From a virus (lineage: Duplodnaviria > Caudoviricetes), in the IMG/VR virus record IMGVR_UViG_3300008113_000729, positions 1 through 26,336 of that record: a DNA stretch of 26,336 nucleotides. One strand, 5' to 3'. A program made the position numbers and the translations under genes. The first letter of the stretch is position 1. Each line of letters opens with the position of its first letter. Under the pieces are notes generated by a model. That model did not search any database. It worked only from the letters and a program-made list of their open reading frames with translations, and was not told the origin of the DNA. Of the stretch, positions 1 through 8,975 are shown one piece after another.

Positions 1-1353
1 TGAGCTGCCTTGCGTGCAGTTGATGGAGTGGCATTTATCCATGCGGAGGTTAAACGCGCCAACAGGCAGCGTTGGCGTTGCTAGAATCGCGGCATCATTG
101 GTTGTGCCGGAGTAACGGCAGTAGGCATCATTAATTGATTCAAACCGCACGTTTTCCAGTAAGCAATCCATGCCGTTAAACAGCCGCAATCCATCGCCGC
201 CAAACAGGATGTTTTTAGTCCAGCACGCCCGTGCTCTTGTAACCACTGGATTTGTGGGGGTTCCAGCCGCAACCGCAAAGGTAAAGCTAAGCGCGGTTGG
301 TGTACTGAGTACGGTTTTTAGGCCGTTGAATTCTGCAACGGAAAGAATCTGCTCTTGCGTGGTCAGCGTTCCGTTTGGCCGCTCGACGCCATAAATTCCA
401 GTAAGCTGTCCCGGAACGTAGCCGTGTCCGTCGCCTACAACCGTAACAGTGGCGGTTGTTCCCGATACCGTGATGGACGCGATGGGGTGCTGCGCCAATC
501 CGTTCAGGATAAGGTCGCGGTGGTACATGCCAACAGGGGCGTTAAATGCTAAAATCCCGCCCGTATTGTAAACGCCAAGGGGGCGCGTGTCTGCAAAAAC
601 TTTTGTGCCGTACCAGTAAAACTTAGCGCGAGGCGGAGCACGGAAAGCGCCAATGTTTGTCCCTAAATATATAACGCCACCATTGCCTTTAAACACAGCG
701 TTTTCATCAAGCAACATTGCCTGCAAAACACTTTGCCATGCAACGTGGTCGCTATCTCCAGCATATGAGGAATCATCAAAATTGCCGTAGTATCCTTCAA
801 AATCCTCAATCTTAATTTCTTTCAAAGTATTGATATTTGACGCTGGTATAGTGCTACCAGTAGTACGGGAAAAAAGAGCAAAGTTTGAATCGCCATCAAA
901 ACCCATTACAGTGTTAGCCCGCGCCGCTTTTGGCGGTACAGTAGCGCCGCCCGTATCGGATGCGGATAACTGGATGGTGCGTGATAATTGTTCGGCTAGT
1001 TGTTGCTGCCCCATAATTTGATAATCAAGGGCGTCCTCCACAACCTCAGGCGCAAACGCACCTTGATTTTCTAAATCCGTTCCCTGCACATAAGGAACTA
1101 TCCGGCGAAAACTAAGGCTCGTACCCGATGCAATAGGCAAACCAGATAACGGATAAGTAAATGTGCCGCCAAGAGGATTGTTTAAACCTGTTATGGAAAA
1201 TGAAGAACTGGGAATAAGTGTCTGAGTGCCAAGCAAATCTGTGTAAATAAGCTCTATGTGCGATACTTGCTTGACTAAAAATCCGTAATTAAAGACAGAC
1301 GTAGAGCCATTGCCTAAGACAACAATTTTATTAGTGGCCGTTTCTATTGTCAT
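1..1353 (-). CDS. Tail fibre/tailspike protein, 3' end truncated by the window (at least 451 aa; absent from the ORF track)
   Basis: Manual translation from ATG 1353 is open to position 1: MTIETATNKIVVLGNGSTSVFNYGF...VPYVQGTDLENQGAFAPEVVEDALDYQIMGQQQLAEQ, a T7 gp17-like podovirus tail-anchor N-terminus followed by beta-rich sequence. Position directly after the large ejection gene fits. Confidence 0.85.
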   Translation of the reverse strand, partial: MTIETATNKIVVLGNGSTSVFNYGFLVKQVSHIELIYTDLLGTQTLIPSSSFSITGLNNPLGGTFTYPLSGLPIASGTSLSFRRIVPYVQGTDLENQGAFAPEVVEDALDYQIMGQQQLAEQLSRTIQLSASDTGGATVPPKAARANTVMGFDGDSNFALFSRTTGSTIPASNINTLKEIKIEDFEGYYGNFDDSSYAGDSDHVAWQSVLQAMLLDENAVFKGNGGVIYLGTNIGAFRAPPRAKFYWYGTKVFADTRPLGVYNTGGILAFNAPVGMYHRDLILNGLAQHPIASITVSGTTATVTVVGDGHGYVPGQLTGIYGVERPNGTLTTQEQILSVAEFNGLKTVLSTPTALSFTFAVAAGTPTNPVVTRARACWTKNILFGGDGLRLFNGMDCLLENVRFESINDAYCRYSGTTNDAAILATPTLPVGAFNLRMDKCHSINCTQGSS

Positions 1354-1388
1354 TTCAGCTCTCTATCATGGCTTTTTAACATAATCCA

Positions 1389-4300
1389 TCACTTTGACGA
1401 TGCCCCCCCTAAGATTCCTCTCACTGGGTCTAGCGGCGCTTCAATCCGTTCATCGCCTTCAGCAAGATTGACGCCATAACCAAGCGGGTTGCCAAGCCCC
1501 TGATACAGCGGCAAGCCCGTAATCATACCCGCAGTAAACAACGCGCTTTCAAGTGCCTTGCTCTGGTCTCCATCTGCCGTTAATGCGCCGTATGACCTAT
1601 CAACACTGCGTGCTACATTCTCGCCTAGCTGCATAAGCGGCGTGCTGTATCGGTCATCAAACGGCACAGAAGTAAATTGCCCGATTATGGGATTCAATAC
1701 AGTCAGCCCAAACACCGGAACCATTGCCGCCATCAGTTTAATCTGCGGCATGACAAACATATCAATAACCCAATCATCCCAAACAGCTCCGTCCTTTTCT
1801 TCATCTTCTGGCCATCTGTCGGCAAGAGCAGTCACAATCAAGTTGGCAAGAATAGACGGCATTAAAATTATACCGCCGTAAAGTGTGGCCAGCCGCGCCG
1901 AACGCTGCATCGCTTCGGGTAACTGCTTAGCCTTTTGCAGCTCGGTAACGGCATAATTGCTTAGCCCGATAAAGTAGCCTTGAAAGGGAAAGAATGCTTT
2001 TCCTATAGATGATATGGCTTCCCATTCGGATATGTCTTGCGGCTCATTGGAACCTTGCGTCAGACGAACCGCTGAATCCGCATCTTCGGCTGCTTGCTTT
2101 TCCGTGCGCCCATCCGCAATAGAATTGTTATACTGGGCAATCCATGTCACTTTTTCGGTAAAGAACTGTATGCCGTTAAAACCAAACCAACCGTAGTTCA
2201 GCGTCCAGCGCTCACCCGCCTGAAACGCGCTGGGCGGATTCAAAATATCTTCCGCCGCCGTGCGCATATTGTTTGCATTAAGCATTGAGCGCCGCGACAT
2301 CATTACACTGCGCTCATTGATAAATTGAGTCGTTCCCGCTCTATCGGATAATACCCTCCCCAAAGATTCAGCCAGTGGCCTCGCCCCTACCTTTGTTCCT
2401 GCTGGGAAAAGGTTTGTAACGTTTTGCAAAGCGCTGCTGGCATTCAGCATCAGGTATTGCGCGGTTAAACGTGAGCCTAGCTTTTGCGCAAGCCAATCAA
2501 ACCCACGAATAACCTGATTGCTTGATGGTGCATTGCGCTGCTGGCGCACGGTGCGCTGTAACCACGGCGCTATCATGCTTGTATAAACGCCCGGCTGCGC
2601 TGCCTCCATAACGTTACGCACATCCTTGCCCAAAGACCGCGCCACCGCCCGAACAGTAGGGGCAATGTAGGCATATTTCATTACTGTATCAACGTGATTG
2701 ACAACCAAAGATAAATCAAAAGCAAGCGGCGCTGCAAACCCTGCCGCGCGCGCCTTTGTGAATCCGTTTGCAGGAGTTGGAAACATAAACGAGCCGCGCT
2801 CACCAAATTCATCAAACATCATCTTGGCGGCCATTTCTGCGCCCTGTGCTGATTGCAGTTTATCCGTTATGGCCGGAACGTAACCGCCTTTGTAATCGCC
2901 GTAGATTGTTCTAAACGGCGCGGCAATTATCTCAGGCGGCCTATACCCATGCATTGCTTTGTGTGCCGCCCATGCAACAGGCTTAATAGATTCATAAAAT
3001 CCCCATATTTCCTGCACTAAATCAAAGTCCTGCTTGGTTAATATTCCGCGCTGCTGCATCCTAAGCAAGAATGTGTTAAGACCTTCTTCACTCCAGTTAT
3101 ACCCGCGCAACAGCTTATCGCGGTTGGATTCATTGCCCAGATGCTGCACAAGCCCTAGCAATTCAGAGCGTGTTTTAAAATGAAACGGCTGTCCCTCGCG
3201 CTGCAATTCAGTGGCGCGAACATCAATTATTTCGTTAAGCCGCTCTTTCATGGGGCTAAGTATTTCAACAAGGCGCGTAAACGCTTCCTGCCTGTTGGTG
3301 AAATACCTATCAACAGACCGCTGTATAGGGCGCACCACAAAGCGATTTAGTACCCCGTCAGGATTGCCGTTATCAAACGCATCAGCATACGCCTCAACGC
3401 GGCGCACTGTTGCCGCATAACCAAGGTATTGAACCTTCAAAACATCCAGCAATCCGGGAACCCGCGCCAAAGCCTGCCTGTTTGGCAATTCAGCAAATGC
3501 TTCTAGCACCGCTTCGCTGGCTTCCTTAATGGTTGCCCCTTCCATATCCTGCTGCGCTTGGCGCTCTTCTTTGGCAAGATACATCACATTATCAATAGAA
3601 TCTTTCAGGCTCTCAAACTCTGAAATAGTTAATTGCTTGTAGGGCTTAGCCGCCGCATTAAACCCATCTATAAACGCGCCCAATCGCTGCTCAATATCCG
3701 GCTCATTCTTAAGCTGTTGCAGCCATGCCGCCACATCAAACTTGCTTTTGCCTAAACCAAACTTGGCCAGCACAGCCCGCGCCGCGTTAACATAATCAAT
3801 ATCATAGTCGTTCCTGCCGAAGAACTTATCAGGCTTGTTTAACTTCTTAAATCCAGCCAGCGCCTTATCTATGCTGCGCTCTTTCGCCAATGCCTCGCGG
3901 TATAAAAAGTGGTTGAGCAACTGCCGTTCTTTCTCGCGCATTGCCGTATCAAAATCACCCGCGCCCAATGCCTTACCAACCTTATGAAACGCACGCAGCT
4001 CAGACACATAATATTGATAGGGAATCATTTTATTGATAGGCGTATCAGCAATAATCTTTTTAGCCGCTGCTTTTAGTTGACTTGCCGGAATGACAACACG
4101 GGATAGGGTCAAGCGCCGGGATATTGCCCGCATCTCTGAAATAAGCTGTTCTGTTCTATCAACGTTTGTTGCCAGCGCCTCTTGTACTTCCCGTTCTAAC
4201 GAGCCGTCTTTCAGCATATCCCCATAACGGCGCATCATTTCCGCGTCCGTCATATCCTTGAGCTTTTGCTTCAATCCCGGAAAATCACGCAGCGTTTCCA

Positions 4301-7300
4301 ACATCTGTTCTGCTGATTCAAAACCAAAAGCATCCGCAACTAAAGACGGCTGTAATCCTGCGCCTTTTGCAACGGAGCCTTTCGGTAAATACTTAATGTA
4401 TTCCTTGCTGTAGTTCTGCTCAATCCATGCTCTATCCAGTTTGCCAGCCGCAAGCGGTGACGGGTTATCCGGGTTTAACGTTCCGCCCGTGGTCAGGAAA
4501 TGAAACACCCGCGCCGGATTCGATGCGTATAGGATGTCTTTTTGCTCGGCCTCAATCTTGGCGCGGGCGGCCTTGTATTCATCGCTGTATTGCCGTTCCC
4601 ATTGTGCCAGCGCCTTCTTAAGTGCAATTGCCTCGGCTGTTTGGTGAGAACGTTCCACCTTGGCAATGTGGTCAACCTGCTCTTGAGGATTCATCAGGTT
4701 AAGCAAAGCAGGGTCAACAGCAAAGTTAATCTTGTTAACCATCTGTTCCATTTGCTCATTGGTTGCAAGCATCCGGTCAAACACACCGCGCACAGTATCG
4801 TTAAGCCCAGCATCCAGCGCCGCTCTTTTCAATCCCTTGTAAATGCGAGTCATCCAAATCTTGATGCGGTGAAATACCCCCGCCAGCTCAACAGACGGCG
4901 CACGCCCCTCATAAAGATATTGCTCAAACGCGGAAGCAATCTTTTCCTCTTGCGGTACGGTCAATGCATTATCGGTTGCACCCGCAAACGCTTTCAGGCT
5001 TTCCCAATCCTTAACGAATTGCTGACCCGCATCCCCCGCTGCAACCGCCTCGCGCATTGCCCGAACATAAACGTGTGATAACTCATGCAATACCGTTGAT
5101 TTATCAGATTTTTCAAACAGGGTAATAATAGATTCATCGCCAGAGAATTGCACTTGGCCGCGTGCGTCTTGTTCTAAAATACTAGGATTAGCTGGGTCAA
5201 ATGCGCCGCTGTTGCCTGTGGCGGATTTGATTTGTGTGGGAGAAACAACAGCAAGAGTTTCTACTTTTCCATCATCAATTATTCGAACACCATCATACGC
5301 ACGGTCTATAAAATACTTTGCGCCGTAGCCATGAGCGTCAGACCATCGCATTTTTTTATGTAATTTTTTTGCCGAAACATAAAGCGGAAGTACATTTGCC
5401 CCCCCGATTACATCACCTCTCGACTCTGCATAGTTCGATGCAAAAGAAGGATCCTTCGTTACAAAAAGCAACCCCCTAGCAGAGGGTGAGCTTGTAAAAT
5501 TCTCGATATTAGCGGCTGTCCCATGATAAACCACAAGCGGCCTACCTTCGCCATCTACAACCTTACTATCACCAAACCAGTTCCAGAAGTTCCTAATACC
5601 TTCTTCTGTCCGTGCAATCGGAGCGCCCTTGCTATTAACCGTCCAACGTTCCTTGCCGTCTAAAGTGATTTTTTCTGGTAATGCGGATTGATTCAGCACC
5701 TGCCCTTGCCCCGGTGTAATCGCTTTCCGTATCTCCTCATTACTGGCGCTCAGGATGTCTTTGCCCAGAGCTTGCTGCACTTGGTTGTTGAGATAGTCAA
5801 AATTCTGCACGCGCTGTTCTTCTAATTCCTGTTGCGGATTGCGTGCAAAGTTTCCAGCCTCCTCATCCTTCAGCTTTTCCAGAATAAAGCCACTGTCAAC
5901 ATAATCAGCGCCCGGCTCGTTATACTGCAATGCTGGCCTGTCCTGAAACGCGCTATTCCATTCGGAAACGGGTATAGTATCGAGCGCCAGCTTGCCATCT
6001 TTTCGGAATGCCCGTGCGGCTTTTTTATCAAGGGCTTGCTTAATATCTCCTGCCAATGCATCAGTGCGCTTAAATCCGCCTTGGCTTTCAACCCATGATA
6101 GAAGCGGGGTAGGGGCTGCCTTCTCGCGTGATGGTTTGGACATGCCAAACATATCCACGGCTTTAGAAACAATCCCCTTGCGCTGTTCTTTTTTTGCCTG
6201 CTGCTTGAAAAATGTGCGCGCCTCATCTAATTGCAAATCAAGAGCATCACCGCGCTTACGAAGCTCTTGACGTGCCATAGGCTCAATGGTAATGCCGTCT
6301 AGTACTCTCCTAATGGCAGCGGATGCTTCTCCCCCTTCCGCTGCTTTGGAGAGAGCTTGATACGCTTGTCCGGCAAAGGTTGATACTTGCCGCGCTTCAT
6401 CCGGGGTTTTTCCTGCATTCAATAGCTGGTCATAAATGCGCTGCTGTGCAATTTCATAATCTTGCATATCAACCGCATTGGAGGTCTCATCATCAAGGCT
6501 ATCCAACAGGCTTTGCATCTCTGCATTAACATCAGTGTTTGCCAGTTGCGCCGCTGATAGCTCATCCGGCGCGGTGCGGTAATGCGATGCAAAAGCGTTA
6601 AGTTCCTTGCGGCTGGCAATATTGGAAATGTATTCGGCCTGTGTTAAAATTACATCACCGCCGCTTGCCGCTGCTGATTGCAGATTCTTAACAAAATCAG
6701 GTAACAGCGTAGAGAGGTTTGCCTGCTCTTCTGGCGGCAGGGATTGATACAGCGTCAATGCTTCCTGCCCATCTAGATAGACTTTGCCTTCCGGTGCAAC
6801 GGCTTCCACATGCTGCTTTAGAATCTCTGGTGCGCGTACTGCTGTTTTGGTTGATTGCACTGCCTCATGCAAAGTATCAGCACGTTGTTGCTGCTGGTCT
6901 TTAAGACGCGCTAAATCCTGCTGCATCCGCTCGCTTACTTTGCCTATGGCGTATATTGCCCCCGTCTGCCCGGCAATCGCGGTCATTGTGGCAATGGCTG
7001 TTTGCCGCATATCATCAGGAAGCCCAGCAAGATAATCGTCCCATGTTTCCTGCTGGTCTAAAGGTTTATTGGGATTTAAAACCGCCCAGTCGTTAAACGA
7101 TTGCAGCACCGTTGCAACCTGTTCTCCCGGCATATCCGTTATAACTTGGCGTGCTAACGTTTGACCAAATCCCTTGCCGCTCAGAACATCACCAAGCAAG
7201 CGCCCAATAGGCAGCTTTTCCGTAGCCGCCTCTATCCCGCCTTGTGATAATCCAAACAATAAAGATGTGACTGGCGGGACGCCTAAATCAAGCGCCTCAC

Positions 7301-7988
7301 CAGCCGCTGCGCCGCCCGATGTAGCGCCAGCAAGCGCAAGGGCAGGGGCAGCCGAACCGCCGGAAAGGAGCGACAGCGCAAGCCCCGGAGCCATTTGACC
7401 TATGGATTGAAAGCCGCTGTAGATTGCTTGTTCTGTTTCCGATGCATCATCCAGAACGGGTAACATCCATTGTCTGCCCGTTTCCTGCGCTATCTTTCTG
7501 AGGTTTCCAAAAGTTTGCTGTAATGGCGTTATACCAGCCGCCGCGCTAACAGCCTCGCCCGTTCCATACACACCAGCCGCAAAATTAGGGAATATACCCG
7601 TTGCCGCAGATATGGCCGTATTGGTAAAAGGCTTAGAAAGAAAATCAACATCCCGCTGAAAAGGCGTGGTAAGCAATCCCTCAACATTGCTTAGGCCGTC
7701 AACATCATCATAGGCTATTCTTGCCGCATTAGGGTCTTGGAATAGCTTGGCAGTTTTGGGGGATTTTTCTAGCAAGCTGTCATAATCAAATGAATCTATT
7801 TTAGCCCGGCGCTCAATGGCTGGCTGTTCAAGCCGCACTGCTTCAATGGGCAGGTTATAGCGCTGCGCCAATTTCTTAAGTTTAGCCTCGGTATCAGGGT
7901 TATAATCAACAGCTTGATTCAGTGAGACGCGCAAAGACGTGTTGTCTTGCCGAGCCAGTATTTCATCATAGGGATTGTTATCATTCAT
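1389..7988 (-). CDS. Large internal virion/DNA ejection protein (functional analogue of T7 gp16), polyvalent, with ART-PolyVal-like and HExxH zincin-like modules
   Basis: 2199-aa ORF, last of the ejection genes. Motifs NFWNWFGDSKVVDGEGRPLVVYHGT...YDGV...PTQIKSATGNSGAFDP and STVLHELSH...FEQYLYEGRAPS...VFDRMLAT. Hydrophobic Gly/Ala-rich N-terminal region and helical C-terminal region. Confidence 0.85.
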   Translation of the reverse strand: MNDNNPYDEILARQDNTSLRVSLNQAVDYNPDTEAKLKKLAQRYNLPIEAVRLEQPAIERRAKIDSFDYDSLLEKSPKTAKLFQDPNAARIAYDDVDGLSNVEGLLTTPFQRDVDFLSKPFTNTAISAATGIFPNFAAGVYGTGEAVSAAAGITPLQQTFGNLRKIAQETGRQWMLPVLDDASETEQAIYSGFQSIGQMAPGLALSLLSGGSAAPALALAGATSGGAAAGEALDLGVPPVTSLLFGLSQGGIEAATEKLPIGRLLGDVLSGKGFGQTLARQVITDMPGEQVATVLQSFNDWAVLNPNKPLDQQETWDDYLAGLPDDMRQTAIATMTAIAGQTGAIYAIGKVSERMQQDLARLKDQQQQRADTLHEAVQSTKTAVRAPEILKQHVEAVAPEGKVYLDGQEALTLYQSLPPEEQANLSTLLPDFVKNLQSAAASGGDVILTQAEYISNIASRKELNAFASHYRTAPDELSAAQLANTDVNAEMQSLLDSLDDETSNAVDMQDYEIAQQRIYDQLLNAGKTPDEARQVSTFAGQAYQALSKAAEGGEASAAIRRVLDGITIEPMARQELRKRGDALDLQLDEARTFFKQQAKKEQRKGIVSKAVDMFGMSKPSREKAAPTPLLSWVESQGGFKRTDALAGDIKQALDKKAARAFRKDGKLALDTIPVSEWNSAFQDRPALQYNEPGADYVDSGFILEKLKDEEAGNFARNPQQELEEQRVQNFDYLNNQVQQALGKDILSASNEEIRKAITPGQGQVLNQSALPEKITLDGKERWTVNSKGAPIARTEEGIRNFWNWFGDSKVVDGEGRPLVVYHGTAANIENFTSSPSARGLLFVTKDPSFASNYAESRGDVIGGANVLPLYVSAKKLHKKMRWSDAHGYGAKYFIDRAYDGVRIIDDGKVETLAVVSPTQIKSATGNSGAFDPANPSILEQDARGQVQFSGDESIITLFEKSDKSTVLHELSHVYVRAMREAVAAGDAGQQFVKDWESLKAFAGATDNALTVPQEEKIASAFEQYLYEGRAPSVELAGVFHRIKIWMTRIYKGLKRAALDAGLNDTVRGVFDRMLATNEQMEQMVNKINFAVDPALLNLMNPQEQVDHIAKVERSHQTAEAIALKKALAQWERQYSDEYKAARAKIEAEQKDILYASNPARVFHFLTTGGTLNPDNPSPLAAGKLDRAWIEQNYSKEYIKYLPKGSVAKGAGLQPSLVADAFGFESAEQMLETLRDFPGLKQKLKDMTDAEMMRRYGDMLKDGSLEREVQEALATNVDRTEQLISEMRAISRRLTLSRVVIPASQLKAAAKKIIADTPINKMIPYQYYVSELRAFHKVGKALGAGDFDTAMREKERQLLNHFLYREALAKERSIDKALAGFKKLNKPDKFFGRNDYDIDYVNAARAVLAKFGLGKSKFDVAAWLQQLKNEPDIEQRLGAFIDGFNAAAKPYKQLTISEFESLKDSIDNVMYLAKEERQAQQDMEGATIKEASEAVLEAFAELPNRQALARVPGLLDVLKVQYLGYAATVRRVEAYADAFDNGNPDGVLNRFVVRPIQRSVDRYFTNRQEAFTRLVEILSPMKERLNEIIDVRATELQREGQPFHFKTRSELLGLVQHLGNESNRDKLLRGYNWSEEGLNTFLLRMQQRGILTKQDFDLVQEIWGFYESIKPVAWAAHKAMHGYRPPEIIAAPFRTIYGDYKGGYVPAITDKLQSAQGAEMAAKMMFDEFGERGSFMFPTPANGFTKARAAGFAAPLAFDLSLVVNHVDTVMKYAYIAPTVRAVARSLGKDVRNVMEAAQPGVYTSMIAPWLQRTVRQQRNAPSSNQVIRGFDWLAQKLGSRLTAQYLMLNASSALQNVTNLFPAGTKVGARPLAESLGRVLSDRAGTTQFINERSVMMSRRSMLNANNMRTAAEDILNPPSAFQAGERWTLNYGWFGFNGIQFFTEKVTWIAQYNNSIADGRTEKQAAEDADSAVRLTQGSNEPQDISEWEAISSIGKAFFPFQGYFIGLSNYAVTELQKAKQLPEAMQRSARLATLYGGIILMPSILANLIVTALADRWPEDEEKDGAVWDDWVIDMFVMPQIKLMAAMVPVFGLTVLNPIIGQFTSVPFDDRYSTPLMQLGENVARSVDRSYGALTADGDQSKALESALFTAGMITGLPLYQGLGNPLGYGVNLAEGDERIEAPLDPVRGILGGASSK

Positions 7989-8389
7989 TATTCAGCCATA
8001 GGCACGGTAAGCCCCCCTGTGTTTGGAGGTGGCGCTTTTTGTGGCTGGGGCTTTGGAGTGTCACCGCCAAATGTTGAGCTAAGGGAAGGCGTCATGCCCC
8101 ACATGGGAAGCGGCTTCAATATAATATCCGAAAATGAACGATTTGTTGCAGCACGGTTTTCGATTTCCAGTCCGTTGGCTTGTGCGTATAGCTTCTGAAC
8201 TGCTTCATCCGTGACGGGGTCACCTCTTTTTATTAAGGAAGCCTCAATCTTGGCTCGCTCAACATCAGGAACAGTAATGCCCTGCACAGTATCACCCGGC
8301 TGCAACGCAAAAGCAAAACGCGGGTCATTGCCAAAGCCTTCCCGTGTTGCCGAAACCTCAACAAACAAACGTGCGGCAACCCTGTTCAT
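7988..8389 (-). CDS. Probable C-terminal fragment of the split gp15-like internal virion protein
   Basis: 133-aa ORF. Its ATG overlaps the upstream TGA (ATGA) and its TAA overlaps the ATG of the 2199-aa gene. VPDVERAKIEASLIKRGDPVTDEAVQKLY resembles the C-terminal ends of such proteins (recognition by eye). Confidence 0.55.
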   Translation of the reverse strand: MNRVAARLFVEVSATREGFGNDPRFAFALQPGDTVQGITVPDVERAKIEASLIKRGDPVTDEAVQKLYAQANGLEIENRAATNRSFSDIILKPLPMWGMTPSLSSTFGGDTPKPQPQKAPPPNTGGLTVPMAE

Positions 8390-8970
8390 CTCTTAAACCA
8401 GTTCTGCAAAACCTGTCCGCCACTGCGCAAGTTAGACGTTGCCGCTGTATTGCCAGCTCTTAAAGACTGCTGCTCTTCTATCAGTTGCTTTCTTTCTGTT
8501 GGATTCAACCGATTAAAATAGACCTCCAGATTGGTATCCTTTAACATATCAGGATTGGTTTTAAGCTCATAATACAAGCCCCAATCCGTGTTAATCTTTT
8601 GGCCAGTGGCAATTTTATCGGCAAATTTTATCAGGTCATCAACTTTATCCGGCGGCAACATATCCAATTGCTGCGCCGTTAAAGCGTTGTAATTGCCGCC
8701 ATTATTTAGAATCTGTTTGTACGCATCCCCAAGCATTGCATCTGTTTGTTCTTTCTGCTGCTTTTCTTGCAAGGCTGCCAGCTTCAGGAATTCTGCGCCC
8801 GCCCCCGGCGTTTCCGCTTCCAAGGCCGCAGCACGCTCTTGCGCAGCCGCGTAATCAATCGTTTTTGTTTGCGCCCCTTGGTACAGTTTTTGCAGGCGTG
8901 CATCCCATCCTTTTTTGTAGGGCGCGTATTCTTCGGATTGTGCCAGTCGGTCATATTCCCTTTGACGCAT
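8386..8970 (-). CDS. Probable middle fragment of the split gp15-like internal virion protein; begins with a PG_binding_3-like segment
   Basis: 194-aa ORF. (RNELIT)MRQREYDRLAQSEEYAPYKKGWDARL matches the R..Y..L...KGW..R motif that ends GH108 lysozymes. The rest is helical. Confidence 0.6.
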   Translation of the reverse strand: MRQREYDRLAQSEEYAPYKKGWDARLQKLYQGAQTKTIDYAAAQERAAALEAETPGAGAEFLKLAALQEKQQKEQTDAMLGDAYKQILNNGGNYNALTAQQLDMLPPDKVDDLIKFADKIATGQKINTDWGLYYELKTNPDMLKDTNLEVYFNRLNPTERKQLIEEQQSLRAGNTAATSNLRSGGQVLQNWFKR

Positions 8971-8975
8971 GGTTA

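Noticed and set aside
1-1353. Diversity-generating retroelement, as in BPP-1
   Set aside because: No reverse transcriptase, avd gene or TR/VR repeat pair in the window. The fibre's 3' end is outside the window, so it cannot be excluded there.
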